Shown here: one piece after another, positions 1 through 13,709 of the stretch
Layout: every line of letters starts with the position of its first letter
How positions within the stretch are numbered: position 1 is the first letter of the stretch
Source of the DNA: Octopus sinensis
Lineage: Eukaryota
Length of the DNA stretch: 64,000 nucleotides
Assembly: GCF_006345805.1 (NCBI RefSeq)
Contig: NC_043003.1
Span: 54,560,001-54,624,000, forward strand
Direction of reading: 5' to 3'
Made by a program: the position numbers and the translations under genes
Notes under the pieces: model-generated
What the model saw: the letters and a program-made list of their open reading frames with translations, nothing else
Told to the model about the DNA's origin: nothing
The model's database searches: none

Positions 1-398
1 ATCATTGTTTCCCACATGGAAATAACTAAATTTTTGTAAATAAAAGAAGCAAAAAGAAAACAATCTAGTCGTGAAAGAATTGAATAATACGGGGCGAAAT
101 TCCAAATTAATTCCGTGCGATAGTTGAATAAAACATAAATTTAATGAATTTAAGTAGTAAATGAATGTTTTTTCTCAGTATTTTATATATGTTAGTTTAA
201 TAATATTTTTTGGGGGGCCATTTTTATCTGTTTTCCTCAAATTTTTTTTTCATTCTGCGTTTTTTATTTGGCTGATTGAAATCCTAATTTGAGATTTAAA
301 ATTGTGTTTTCAAACATTAGACGTTTGTTTAGTCGCTGGCTTCAAGGAATGTGTTTGATTTTTGTAATGAGTGATTCGGGGCAGGTGGGGCGAGAGTG

Positions 399-437
<39 letters not shown>

Positions 438-663
438 GAGTGATATAGAGAAAGGGTGGTAGGGTAGAGAATGAAATTTTTAGGGAATGCTAGAATGGGA
501 AATACTTGTGTGTGAGATGGGGCAAGATATGAAAGAGACATAGTAAAAAGCATAAGATGGAAATATGGGGAGAGCAATGATTTTGTAGTCTTAAATGTTT
601 TAGAAACAGTGATGTGAGCGGAGAGAGAATTAGTGAGAGGAAGAGAGAGAGAGAGGGAGAGAG

Positions 664-708
<45 letters not shown>

Positions 709-1610
709 ATCTGTGTAAAAACATCTAATAGTAATATGGGGAATAAATTCGAAGATTTGAAGAATGAGAAGTAGGGTCAAAGGAGAGATGCACGGAGAAA
801 GAGACGTGGGGGATAAAGAAAGGAAGGGTCAAGGTGAGGAAAAAAAAACTGAGTATTTGAAAGAAAGAGATTTTAAATAAGGAAAATAAATAAGGAGAGT
901 ACTGGAAGAAGAATCGTTGAGCGATGACCAAACGCTTTCGTACTCCTAATGATTCAAATCGTCTCAGATATACATAAAAGTGTTTCTCCCTAAATTCCTG
1001 TGACAGAAACATATATATTACTCCTGGAAGATGTTTCAACATCCTAACAAGTAATATGCCTCCAGCTGCGCAATGGCAAATTTTTATTCTTACTTTCCAC
1101 CAAAAAGATGTATAATCATTTCGTTTTGTCCCTCTTGTGTCTTCTCTTGGCAGACTAATACATCAAGCACTGACGATCTCGAGATATGAACAACTATTCT
1201 ATATCATCCGGCTAATACGTTATCTGTTTATAATTTAATCACAGCACAGGATATAAATACTCAGCGAAACATCTAGATGTCCCAGGCGACATCATGAAGC
1301 AAATATTCCATATTTTATTGTTATGGCACATCTGAAGTAGATTATTTCAGTTCGTTTAATAGACTACGAAGAATAGTCTACTTGTTAAACTATAGTGCAT
1401 TCCAAGTGATTCAGCTAAGTTGAACTGAAATTTTACGGCCTAGTCTCACGGCCATTTCTCTACCACTCCCCAAGCTAAAACACAGGCACACATACGCACA
1501 TACGTACACACATAAATATGTAGATAGGTGGATGGAGAGATAGATAGCCAGACAAAGATTTAAAGACGGTTTGATATGTGAGTTAGTATAATTATGTATA
1601 TGCATATGTA

Positions 1611-1677
<67 letters not shown>

Positions 1678-1825
1678 GATATATCTATCTATCTATCTAT
1701 ATATCTATCTATCTATCTATCATCTATCTATCTATTTATTTATTTATTTATCAATCTATCTATCTGTCCGTCTATCTATCTATCTTATCTATCTATCTAT
1801 CTATCTACTATCTATCTATCTATCT

Positions 1826-1925
1826 NNNNNNNNNNNNNNNNNNNNNNNNNNNNNNNNNNNNNNNNNNNNNNNNNNNNNNNNNNNNNNNNNNNNNNNNNNN
1901 NNNNNNNNNNNNNNNNNNNNNNNNN
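1826..1925. other. Assembly gap (100 N)
   Basis: Run of 100 N, preceded by a (TATC)n microsatellite at about 1610-1825. Confidence 0.99.
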
Positions 1926-2004
1926 AAGATTGGGTACACGAAACATATTGTCAGAATTCAAGTTAAACGTGAAAATAAGAATTGACTAATTAAGCGTCCG
2001 TCTT

Positions 2005-2238
2005 ATTTCCTTATTGCCCACAAGGGGGTAAACATAGAGGGGACAAACAAGGGCAGACAAAGGGATTAAGTCGATAACATCGACCCCAGTGCGTAACTGG
2101 TACTTAATATATCGACCTCCGAAAGGATGAAAGGCAAAGTCGACCTCGATGGAATTTGAACTCAGAACGTAAAAACAGAAGACGAAATATCGCTAGGCAT
2201 TTCGCTCAGCATGCTAACGTTTCTGCCAGCTCGCCACT
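2005..2238 (-). mobile_element. tRNA-derived Meta-domain-type SINE with 9-bp TSD (duplicate at 19200-19433)
   Basis: Reverse complement has a pol III head (ggcgagctggcagaaacgttagca...gagttcaaattcc) and a ctttgcctttcatcctttcgg..gtcgata..aagtaccag domain. TSD gtccgtctt at 1996-2004 and 2239-2247. Confidence 0.85.
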
Positions 2239-2247
2239 GTCCGTCTT

Positions 2248-3040
2248 GTTGAAGCACTATCTTTGGTATTGTTACGTTTCAAGAATAATCCATGCCCGCA
2301 ATGGAAATTAATTGGAATCAAGTGTGGTGCTCTTGACAAGACGTGTAGAAGATCCATACTTTCCAATAATGATTGCTTGGATTGATGAAGCTATATTTAA
2401 ATTAAATGGCTCGATCAACCTCCGCATTACTGATAGCCTGACAAACGGTATATTGGGCATGAACATTATGTTAATGTACCAGGTGTTACAAATTGGTGCT
2501 GCGTATCATCGAAAGGATTAATTTGACGATTCTGGTTCGAGATAGCTGTGACGTATTTCATTTACTTACACTTGTAGCAAGAAACTGTCAGGTTAAGCAT
2601 TCAAGAGTATTTAATTTGGAAAAAGATTAGGCTCCTGGCGATACCAATTTTATGTATGAAAGGACCTTCCTTGATAATTTTGTTCACCAAGTAGATTGGA
2701 CGAAAAGGTTCAGTAGAATACATTCCGCTTACCTAAACTTTACACTTTCCATTATGATTTATAAAAGATAAATTTAGCTCCCAAATCCGGCAACAGACGA
2801 AGAATTGAGGTCAGCCATTGCTTGGGAATGCGCAATAAAACCGAACAAAAGTTTTCTTGATGCTTACCATTAGCAACAGTGCCTGGACCACAGCGCTCTA
2901 CACTATGAAAACAGGCTTTCATAAAACAATTACATTCTCTCTGCAGATTCTATTAAATTTCGAAAATTAAATGTAATTTAATAGATACTGACTCGATAAC
3001 TATTACCATTCAGTGTGTCTATTTTAATTTTGCAGAGTGG
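2248..3040 (+). mobile_element. Degenerate Tc1/mariner (Tc3-like) transposase remnant (duplicate at about 19443-20235)
   Basis: WIDEAIFKLNGSIN resembles the WSDEAxFxLxGxVN first-Asp motif. IGRKGSVEY at about 2695-2720 resembles WIGRxGxxxW. Many stops and frameshifts. Confidence 0.75.
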
Positions 3041-3150
3041 CAATCATATATGTAAATGTGTGTGTGTGTATGAGTTAGCACTCAAATACACACATCGATA
3101 CACACACACACATACAGAGAGAAAAAGATAGATAGACAGATGAGAGAGAA

Positions 3151-3182
<32 letters not shown>

Positions 3183-3798
3183 GGTGAGAAATTGAAAGAC
3201 AGAGATATGTGAGAAAGTGAAAGAAAATCGAGATATGTGAGGGGTTTAGCGTGAGTATTTTACTTCAGACCGCTCTGATTACTCCGAGTATTGTAACATG
3301 TACTCTAGTACAACTTTTTAAATGGAAAGTTGATCGGTGAATAATACTGTTTTATTTAAACCGGGAATGCATTTCTGCACATACTAATAAAAAAAAAAAC
3401 TTTCATGCATTACTATGTACATAAGCAAGAAGTATGAAATACATCCAATTCTGTAGTTGAGTCCTGGACTCGACTAGTATTTTATTTCGCGACAAAAAAA
3501 AAAAACGACGATGGCATCGCTAGAATTCGAAATCAGATAACAAAGCATTGAGAAAAATAGAAAATGTTATTGCAGCCTATGTATCAACGATTCTGCTTAT
3601 TCGATTACTTGCTGACGTCACAATCTTATAACCATTGTGACGTATAACCATTCGAAAAATATTTTCACTCTTTACTTCTTTCAGTTGCATAACTGACGCT
3701 ACAAATCAACTTCTTGAGGATAATATATAGTTCTTTGATTGCTTGCATTCAATTTGTTCATATATTTATCTTGTTGAATTGTAATTTATATTTGAATA

Positions 3799-4002
3799 AT
3801 GCCAAATAGAATGAGGAAATTCTGCGACCGCGTACGCCGCTTCTTCGGTCACAGAAATCGCACTGTTACTCCAACTGTGATACACGTTAGCAGTAAAAAT
3901 ACCTTCTACCGCCGAGCGGGATATGATTATCAATATTATGCAAGAAATTTCAACGGCGATGCTTTCGTGAAAAGCATTCGCTGGGGAAAGGGACACAAAT
4001 AA
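3799..4002 (+). CDS. Candidate 67-aa ORF of unknown function in a putative exon 3685-4005 (duplicate 20992-21195)
   Basis: ATG-initiated, non-repetitive ORF. Strong acceptor (ttttcactctttacttctttcag) ends at 3684 and consensus donor G|GTAAGT lies at 4005/4006. No recognised homology. Confidence 0.3.
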   Translation: MPNRMRKFCDRVRRFFGHRNRTVTPTVIHVSSKNTFYRRAGYDYQYYARNFNGDAFVKSIRWGKGHK

Positions 4003-4387
4003 GTGGTAAGTAATTTGAGATTCTATAATTTAGAGTAGAATAACAAGAACACCAAAATTATGTGTGCAAAGAACATTGTTCAAATGAATTACGGAGAACA
4101 ATTATAGCAATAAATAAGAAAAATAGAATGAAATGACAAATCTAAAAGAAACATTCATTAGTATATAAACGGCTGAAACGGAGAAAATATATAACAATAA
4201 AAATCATGTAAAGATGAGATTAAAGCATAACAGTAAATACAACAATGGTACATAATACCTATTTAGTATAAACGATGTAGATTAATAATCTGTTGATTAT
4301 TTCGGAACCTAGAATATAAATATCAGAATTTCAATTCACATGTTAGAGGTATATCTTTGCTAAAGAGAAAAATGTTTTCTTTTCCAG

Positions 4388-4599
4388 TCCAGAGATCTGA
4401 TGAGAACGATGAGTAAAGACACATGGAAATGGAAGTCTGGAAATAATGGCAGTATGAGCAAAAACTGCGGAGATTATGAAATTGCTGCATCTCTGCCTTG
4501 AATAATGAATTAGACAAATGGTGGAGGTAAAGCGCTATGTTTTATATTGATTACATCAGAGCAACCACACACCGAAAAAAAAAACTGCATATTACAGAT

Positions 4600-4686
<87 letters not shown>

Positions 4687-5357
4687 AACAATAATACCAT
4701 GTAGAATTAGAACATTAAATTTTCGAATCTTCAATCGAGAACATTAGGAGAAATAAGAACTAAACATTGAAGAAAGCTTCATTCGATCGGTACTATAATG
4801 GATTTTCTGGTAACTGTCATCCGGAAATTGTAAGGATATTCCGGGATAGGGACCTCTATTTTGGAGGATTTCACCTCTGAGCTACCACGTCTACGTTACT
4901 GTCTTTTTCTCTATTAAAAGCTGAGTTATACAGTTGTTGTAACTGTATAATACTAGCTACAAATTATTCCATTAGATCCCACGTTTGTGTGCTACTCTAT
5001 CAATGTAATCATTGTTTGGGATGAACTTCCTCCACTGTCAAGACAAGATGGTGAAAATAATATTTTTGCTTTTACACTGACTTGTGAGAAGATTTGTAAA
5101 CTACTTGAACTCTTCAGAGTTTTCTTTGTGTATCGATGTCTATTGGCTGGTTTGCAACTCTTAAATCTCCAGTCTGGACCCTTTCTGAATCTTCCACAGT
5201 TACTGGAGGAATACCCTTGACGTTTTGCTAATATGATACAAGCCGTGAATTTGTAAATGTGTCTGGATCATCTGGACGAATGTATGTAATGTTGAAAGAA
5301 CCGAAATCATCAACGATTGTCTGGAACGTTATTCAGGGTGGATTCCACTGCAGTTGA
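4388..5357 (+). pseudogene. Putative downstream exons 4388-4526 and 5173-5357 of the same decayed gene
   Basis: Acceptors ttttcttttccag and aaatctccag, donor GAG|GTAAAG. Phase-compatible with the 3799 ORF but carry internal stops. Confidence 0.25.
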
Positions 5358-6007
5358 GTGATATGTATAAACATTGAGAGAATATAATTTCTAATCAAGA
5401 ATACATCAGAACAGAAATTATGTTTATAAGTACTTGGTTTAAAAGATGAAAGTAAATTGCTCCAATAACATATAGAATACAGTAGTTTTAAAACATTTGA
5501 TAGCAATAATATATAAAGCTAAATGTGTAAAAACCTGCCGGCAGCTTTACGGAGAATGTAGCAATCAGATAAAACTATAACAGTTGAAAGAACTATCAAG
5601 TAAATTGAGATGAGATGCGAGAGAAATATTGGAATAAAATCACGGTCATACTAGGTAAACAGGTATGGATATCATAACTGTCTATATTTGTTTTTAAACT
5701 CCAGAGAAACTTCATAATATCCTAGTTTTAAATACAAAGAGCGACATCATATCTCTCAGTTCTTCTGAAAATACAACAAAAATACATCTTTGATATGTAA
5801 CTCCTGACAAATTTATATTAAGGCATCTATCTATAACGCAAGTGATATATTCTTAAAATAGAAATTACCACATTCCCATTTAATTCCTAATGAATTTCAT
5901 ATCACAAAAGGTTAATAGCTTTTGTAAGCTAAACTTAAAATCATTTTTGGTTCTAGTGTTTGAAAACATTCTTTGAATTGAACATGGTTGAAATTCTACA
6001 ATGATGG

Positions 6008-6083
6008 GAATGTGAAGAAAGCTGAGAATGTGAAGAAAGCTGAGAATGTGAAGAAAGCTGAGAATGTGAAGAAAGCTGAGAAT
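6008..6083. repeat. 18-bp tandem repeat gaatgtgaagaaagctga x4 (duplicate 23201-23276)
   Basis: Four perfect units read directly from the sequence. Confidence 0.95.
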
Positions 6084-6344
6084 ATGGAAAGATTTCTGCC
6101 TTGCCGCTTACAGAAGATATACATTCAACATGGAGGAGGTGACGTATAATTTATTGTATATTATTTATGTGACAATCCTATATACGCACAAACGTCACAC
6201 ACAATTCTATTATATGACAAAACAAATCACGCACTCACAAACATGAAAAATAAACAGTATAACGAAACTAAAACATTTGTAGAAATGATAATTAGAAAAT
6301 ATGCAAATTAGAAAATTAACATTATAATAATTTACAAGTTTATA

Positions 6345-7440
6345 AGCATAGGAGTGGCTGTGTGGTATGTAGCTTGCTTACAAGCTTCTCGCACATGCGC
6401 GTTAGTGTTGCTTATCACAGAGAACCACGGTGGACGTGTGTTGGCTCCGTCCAATATTGAACTAAAAGAACAAACAATAACAGCAGCATTAGGTCGTCGA
6501 GGTAGGTGGTTTTGTTTTCGTTTGAGCTGGGTGTAATTTGTCAAATAGTAATTGTTTGTTTGTAGATAAATTTCGCCCAGCTCCGGGGCAATTCTGCCTG
6601 CTGTCGGCGGCTGCTGTTTGTTGTTTTGTTCTATTGGGCAAAAGGGAGGGGCGTATCCTCGCCCGAATTTACTGGATTTTGCCGGGAGAGGAGAGGGACC
6701 CCCCAGGTGTGCCAGAGGAGGCCCCGACTCCTGCAACCGAAAAAAGAAATAAGAAAAGAAAAAAGAAGGTGAATGGTGCTGTGTCGCCAATCGAAACTGA
6801 TGTTTCTCCGGTGGGAAGTGTGAGGGTCTGTTGAGATGTACTTGGATAGTCTTCTAGACAGAGAACGATACAACTCGGTCTGTATAGATAGTCCATGTTG
6901 GCCTCCGCAGCCACCTGCGGAGGCCGTCACCCAAGAAGAATTAATTGAGGTCAGGGGGACCTGCAATAATGAGAATTTTGTGTCCATCCGTCCGGGCCTG
7001 CCAATGCAGGCTTTCCTGCAGGTGGCAGGAAACTTACTTGGGGTCCGGACGAGGAAGATGAATGAAAAAAGAATTTATGTTTTTGAAATTTTTATACTTG
7101 TATCTAATTACTGTTTATTAATTTTTATTCTTGATTTTAAATCGAACAGTGTTTTCGACGGGTTATCAGTCGACGGTCGCCGGTGCCCCTCTCATTTCTA
7201 TTCATTGTTATCGTTATCATCCTCATCACATTAATGTCCTTGTCCAGCCCGCAGCTACTCATTGTACTGCCCTTGTGGCAAACTATGTGAATAAATGTAG
7301 CTTGCTTACCAACCACATGATTCCGGGTTCAGTCCCACTGTGTGGCACATCGGGCAAGTGTCTTCTACTATAACCTCGAGCCGACCAAAGCCTTTGTCCA
7401 AAGTGGATTTGGTAGACAAAAACTGAAAAAAAAGCCCGTC

Positions 7441-7481
<41 letters not shown>

Positions 7482-7770
7482 ATCCAAACAAGAAAGCACA
7501 TATATATATATATGCGTGTGTGTGTGTTTGTGTTTGTGTGTGTGTGTGTGTTTGTGTGTGTATTTGTGTGTGTGTGTGTGTTTGTGTGTGTATTTGTGGT
7601 GTGTGTGTGTGTTTGTGTGCGTGTATCTATGTTTGTGTGTCTGTGTTTGTCCCCCACCATCGCTTGACAACCGATGCTGGTGTGTTTAAGTCTTGGGGTC
7701 GATTTTGCTCGATTAAAGGCGGTGCTTCAGCATGCCCACAGTCAAGTGACTGAAACAAGTAAAAGAGTAA
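6345..7770 (+). mobile_element. CORE-type composite tRNA SINE interrupted by a LINE-derived insert (duplicate 23538-24963)
   Basis: Head ggagtggctgtgtggt..., resumes at 7310 with caaccacatgattccgggttcagtcccact...gggcaagtgtcttct. Internal TA/TG microsatellite, tail ggcggtgct..cagcatg...gactgaaacaagtaaaagagtaa. Confidence 0.9.
6382..7294 (+). mobile_element. Internally deleted non-LTR retrotransposon (L1/Tx1-like), 913 bp, 15-bp TSD (duplicate 23575-24487)
   Basis: TSD atgtagcttgcttac at 6367-6381 and 7295-7309. GC-richer 5' UTR, broken ORF1-like segment with basic cluster KRNKKRKKK, AATAAA at the 3' junction. The clade assignment is inference. Confidence 0.7.
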
Positions 7771-9299
7771 GTTTCTTTGAGTTAAGACTTTGTTTTTGAA
7801 TTTTCTCGTTCATGCTTTTTTTTTTCTCGGTTTCAGATTCCACTAATAAATTAGTGTTTATACAACTACTATAACTATTAAGTGAAAACTATATCCTGGG
7901 CTCATCATATTCTTCAGATCTTCATATACACGGCAATGTGATGATTTGCCATCGCACAATATTACGCCCATTGGTCATGATGTTGGACAAAGGCTGAAAT
8001 ATAAAAGAAAGTTGAACGGGCAAAACAATCAAAATGACGCATAGGATTATAGCAAAACTATAAAATTCATACAATTATAAATGAAAGAACAACAGCTGAG
8101 TAAATATATAATTTAGCAAATGATAATAAAGAACACTTTATACCAATGATAAAACAACATATACTATCATATAAAATAGTTATCTGCAACAATCATAGCT
8201 AACAACTGTTAAATATGTAATCTAATTGCTGTTAAATATAAGGTGTAATATTCAAACACTATATATTATATATAACAACTAGTGAATTAATATCTAATTC
8301 AGGTTACATACATCAAAGCTGGTGCTGTATAACAAATAAGTGCTTTTAAACATAACAACGTGTAAAATTATAACATTTAAACTCGCTGCATACATGGTGC
8401 AAATAACATTCCAGTAGATAAATATGAATACTACCCAATGAAAAGTGACGTTAGATAGAAAACTAAAAGAATTCTATTTTACAAGTAATGCACACATAGA
8501 TATATTAATATTAATTCTGGTACCTTCGTGTAAACAACATTGAAGCAATATCATTCTAGTATTAATAGAACTATGTACAGTATCATCAGTACATGTAAAC
8601 CTGTTGCATTACAAGGAACAACGTGTTCAAGCGGTGAAATACATTTTTATGAAGTGTTGAGTATGAAGAAACATCTAAAATTATGAAGATAACACTTCGT
8701 CGGAGATACTCCAAATGTCCTCTGGCGTTTCAGAATTAATAGAGTGCTGTATGGTGAACCATCGATATGAAGGCTAAATCTCATATATAACGACATTCCT
8801 AACATCTAAACAGGAAGATCACATTGAATAATGTAGCCTGGTGTCCAATGAAGGGCTTCGTGTGGCTGGAATGCCTTTAATTATAGGCAAGTCTATATGA
8901 GACAGAGATTGATTTCGGGACTAAACAACGCCAACACTCGAGTACTACGGCTAACACACTAACTCCCCATTTCCCTCGACCTGTAATACCACTAACATCA
9001 CTAATGTCCCTACTAATACAACTAACAGGCCTTCCCCCCATAATACTAACAACATTAACAACACTACTAACAGTATAGTTCGGTGTTGAACTTGTTTGGT
9101 AGGGATCAACTCGGTCACATGATGGCAGACCATGATCAAAGCTGTTCCACTTACATTTATCCTGACATTATATGTCTGCCTACATTACTTAATGCCCTTT
9201 CTTTTTTAAAGACCTCAGCCTTATTCAAAGGAAATTGATTAGCGTGTAATTATGCTGTGATTTCAGCGACAGCATAAATATTCAATACTCAGACAAAGT

Positions 9300-11260
9300 A
9301 CAGCTTGTAATATTAACACAGGAACACGCTGTAACATCTAGTTCCTCTCACATATAAAGGAGAGTATGCCTAACACCAGGTGTCTATTGAACATCACAAG
9401 GAATAGACGAGCGTAAAACTTAACACTCCTGTAACGTTTAGCTCATCTTAAAGATTACAGATAGAAAGTAATATTCCGAATAGCAGCGGCCAACAACTGC
9501 TAACAGTAAAATGAAGAAAATAACACCAGTATCCTATACACGTCTGGGAGACACCTTCCAGCAGCGAACATGCGTTAAACACGAAATTGAGAGAATATTT
9601 CGGACATAAATCCAACAGCTGGAGAATATAGCACCAGACACCAGTAAATATTACATTAGAGACACCTTTTTAACAACAAGCGGTTGTCGCCAGCACCATG
9701 CAATGCTCTTTTAACAGCCAGCTGATATTAACTAAAGCAACAATATTTCGGACATCATCATCCATCAGCTGCTAGCATAAGATGTGAGAAATATGTCTTT
9801 AACAACGAACACATGTTAACAGCACCATCAAGAGTTCTTCAAGTAACCAGCTCTTCTTAACAATAACATTGAACAATGTTTCAGGTACCATCAACTGCTA
9901 TCAATAATATGTGAGGAATACTTTTAACAACTAACGCATGTTAACAGCAACATCTATATAACCAGCTCTTGTTAACAGTAACATGGAACATGTTTCGGAC
10001 CGTAGTGCCCAGCATTTGGTAACATAAAACGGAGACTAAAACAGCTGAACACGAGTAATATACAGTTTTATATCAACTTAATATACAGAATGCAAACATC
10101 TCGTTTATATTACTCCTCTAATTCCATCGGTAACTAACATATAGTCAGCATATATGAATATATATCTAAGTAAGCGGCTTGTGCTATAAATATCTTCGGT
10201 GATTATATAGTATGAACAATAGTCTCTGCATTATTCTGGAGGCCGTTTATATCACCTGAATTGTACTGAATCATATGTACAACACTTATAGCTACACTTG
10301 ATTTATATACCATATATAAAACGTCGGCCTATTGCTAAACTAAACTTAGCTACAAGGAAACATAGCTACAATTATCAATAACATAAAGACTACAAATAAT
10401 ACACTCAGCTGTTCTTCACAATAATATGGATATTCCAATTCTAATACTCAGCTCCTGTTAGCAACAACATGGAAATTACTTCACGCACTCAGCTTTGTTC
10501 ACAATCACATTGAGAATACCCCAACAATAACGCCCAGCTGCTCTTGTCAGTAATGTAAAGACTATTACTTACACCACCATCCAAATATATGCCCTAATAG
10601 CGCGGGGGCAATAAACACTCAGCTCCAAAGATTATGCATGACGGCCAGCGTCTCTGAAGAACAACAATGACTTATTTCTTAAAACAGCCAGCATGGCAAA
10701 CTATAAATCATCCTTTCTAAAATACTATTTCCTAGTATTTTCAACACCGATCTCCTCCAGGATGCAGTCACTTTATGAACCAGCTATTAAGGAATATCTA
10801 TGAGACTTTGGAAAACAACGCACGCCCCCAATGACAAAATTGATACGTTTGAAGAACCAGGATTGGGCTTCCAACATCATGAGGAAAATTTATGAAACCA
10901 GCTTCCATCAGCATCAACAGCAACTAAATATATATATAGCTACCATGTGTTTGAAAAAAACTGATTTGCTCTATAATATCCAGCTTAGTGAATTAACATC
11001 AATGCATTGGAACAGCGATTCTAATCTCATACTACATTTGAGTTAAGCACTCCGTTCTCATCTTAAATATACAATAACGATAACAACAATCAAATCCAGA
11101 TCTGTTTAACAGTAGACATAACAACAACCAAGTCGAAATAAAAAATTTTACAGTCGCGATAACAACAACCAAGTCAAGATCTGTTTTGCAGAAGAGGTAA
11201 CAACAACCAGGTCGAGATCTCAGATTAACAGCAGCGACAATAACAATCTTCTGAAATCAT
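9300..11260. repeat. Degenerate A/C-rich minisatellite region, about 36-42-bp units (duplicate about 26490-28470)
   Basis: Recurring ttaacagca...gaatatttcgga...ccagct and acaacaaccaagtc.agatctgttt motifs. Confidence 0.6.
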
Positions 11261-11349
11261 TAATGCAGTAGAGACTATATATTAACTAGATTAAAGTAAC
11301 ACAGTGAACACTGTGTAACAGGCAGCCCACCGCCATAAATACACTGTAT

Positions 11350-12150
11350 ATAGTAATACCTCCATTTTGTGACCAACAAAACACTGTGGTTTCAATAACA
11401 TTCATCACGTGATCTTTAAATTGTAGAGTCTATAACATATAATACGTGACCAAAACTACATTGTAGAGACTATAACACCCACCTTGTGATCATATTGCAT
11501 TGTAGAGACAATAACATCTTCGTGATCACACCTACCTTGTAGAAACTATAGCATCTATCACGTGATTATAATTGTTTCTAGAATTGTTTACCATATTCTA
11601 CAATCTGTGAAAGTTATCCGTGAAGGTAACCACACTGTAACGACTCGAACATCTATTTCCGGATCATAACTACGTGGTAAAGATTAAACACACACCTTCT
11701 GATCATATGTACATTGTAGAGTTGCAACATCCATTTCGGGATCATAACTACACTGTAAATACTATACATCATTTCGAGATCATTACTGCATTGCAGAGAC
11801 TATAACATCATTTCGTGATCATTACTGTAATGTAAAGACTATAACATCATTTCGTGATCATTACTGCATTGCTCAAACCATACATCATTTCGTGATCTTA
11901 ACTACAGTGTACAGAATATAATATCATTTCGTGATCTTAACTACATTGTACAGACTATGACATCATTTCATGACCATAATTAATTGTAGAACCTTACCAT
12001 CCTTCCTGTAATCTTAACATTGTAGTGACTATAAAATCTGTCTTGTGATCATACTACATTGTGGACATTCTAACATCAATTAGTTGGCCATAACTACATT
12101 CTGGAGAATATAACATCAATCTTTTGATTACAACTACCTAGTAGACATTT
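11350..12150. repeat. 39-40-bp minisatellite (actataacatcatttcgtgatcattactgcattgtagag-like); duplicate about 28560-29360
   Basis: Roughly 20 diverged units. The best-conserved units in copy 2 give the 13-aa periodic ORF TITSFRDHYCIAE at 28933-29196. Confidence 0.85.
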
Positions 12151-12900
12151 TGGTATTCATCTCCTGCAGTACATGTACATAGATGTATATACGTTTGTTA
12201 TTTGTTGAGTTACTCTAACAATATTGTTAGTTGTTTATTTGTTGAATTTTTTACAATATTGTTATTTGATTTGTAACTCCAAATTTCTTTCTTTTACTAT
12301 TTTCAACTTTGTTATTCTTGTTCTGAATTAAAAATTTTTTAATAAATTTCTCGTTTTGAGATTATATTTTTGTGAAATTATACTAACCTTTTCTTGTAAA
12401 ATGTCGATGGTATATGCATCAACGTCAGCATATTTTCTTATGATTTGACTTTTGACGAAGTAAGAACAGGCGGCAGCCGTCTTCACTGATTTTAGCCTTT
12501 CATTTGATATTTCACAGCAAAGACATTTTTTTACGTCTTTATGGTTATATATTATATACTCATCTAAAGACATAAGTATATTCTTGTAGTTGACGCGAAT
12601 GTACAGGAGTAAGCAATTAAATAGAAAGAATATTAATTTTTAAAAGTTTTGTGTATATATGTGTGTATGTGTGCATGTGTGTGTATGAATACATATATAT
12701 GTATATACACATATAGAGAGTGCGCGTAAACGAAAGAAAGTGAGAGGGGACAGAAACTAACTCGAAGACATCTTCCTAGTCTGGCACTTTTGAATCTATG
12801 AAAAAATCTGTTATCTTATTTCATCTATATAGAGTTCCGAAATTCTCCTTTATCTAGATTAAACAACAAACCAGAAAAAAAAGACGAAAATATGTGTATA

Positions 12901-13307
12901 GGTGCATGAGTGGCTCTGTGGTAAGTAGCTGCATACCAACCTCATGTTCAGTGTTGAGACCCCTGCGTGGCACATTCGGCAAGTGTTTCTACGATAGCCT
13001 CGTGCCAACCAGAGCCTTGTGAGTGGATTGGTAGACGGAAACAAGCCTGTCGTATATATATATTATATATAATGTATGTATGTGTGCCTTTATGTTTATA
13101 TATCTGTGTTTGCTCCCCCCCCCCAACATCACCTGACAACCGATGTTGGTGAGTTTACGTCCCCGCAATCTAGCAGTTTGGTAAAAAGAGACCGATAGAA
13201 TAACCACTAGGCTTACAAAGAAATGATCCTGGGGTCGATTTGTTCGACTAAAGGCGGTGCACCAGCATGGCTGCATTCAAATAACTCAAACAAATAAAAA
13301 ATAAAAA
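12901..13307 (+). mobile_element. CORE-type composite SINE (duplicate about 30124-30537)
   Basis: Same head, microsatellite and tail as the 36772 and 40977 copies, more diverged. Confidence 0.85.
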
Positions 13308-13398
13308 GGGGTAGAAGCCCGAATTCCGAATCCTTCTCTACGTTGAGTGAACGTTTTAATTGGCTTCTAATGTTTTAGTTGATAGCTAAGTGTAATAA

Positions 13399-13609
13399 GG
13401 CGGCGAGCTGCCAGAGACTTTAGCACGCCGGGCAAAATGCTTAGCAATATTTCATCTGTCTTTACGTTCTCAGTTCAAATTCCGCCGAGGTTGACTTTGC
13501 CTTTCCTCCTTTCGGGGTCTATAAACTAAGTACCACTACGTACTGGGTTCAATCTTATCGACTGGCCCCTCCCCCCAAAAATATCGAGCCTTGTTCCTAG
13601 AGTAGAAAA
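13399..13609 (+). mobile_element. Meta-type SINE (duplicate about 30631-30841)
   Basis: ggcggcgagctg...gttcaaattccgccgagg..gactttgcctttc. Near-TSD gatagct(a/t)agtgt at 13381-13393 and 13610-13622. Confidence 0.85.
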
Positions 13610-13709
13610 GATAGCTTAGTGTGAAAGCATTCAATTTTATTTGCGTACAAATGTGAAGAACTTGAAAGATAGCTTTGATGGAATTATCTGTGTAAGATAT
13701 TACGTTTTA

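Noticed and set aside
329-1989. ORFs of poly-LS / poly-IYLS, and all other YI, HT, CV and ER repeat ORFs in the track
   Set aside because: Translations of (GA)n, (TATC)n, (TA)n and (CA)n microsatellites, some running through the N gap.
11350-12150. CRISPR-like periodicity
   Set aside because: Units are contiguous and diverged with no unique spacers; eukaryotic context and no cas genes.
12328-12573. 81-aa protein-like ORF (KKCLCCEISNER...)
   Set aside because: The frame is not preserved in the duplicate copy (indels), and no splice signals or homology were recognised.
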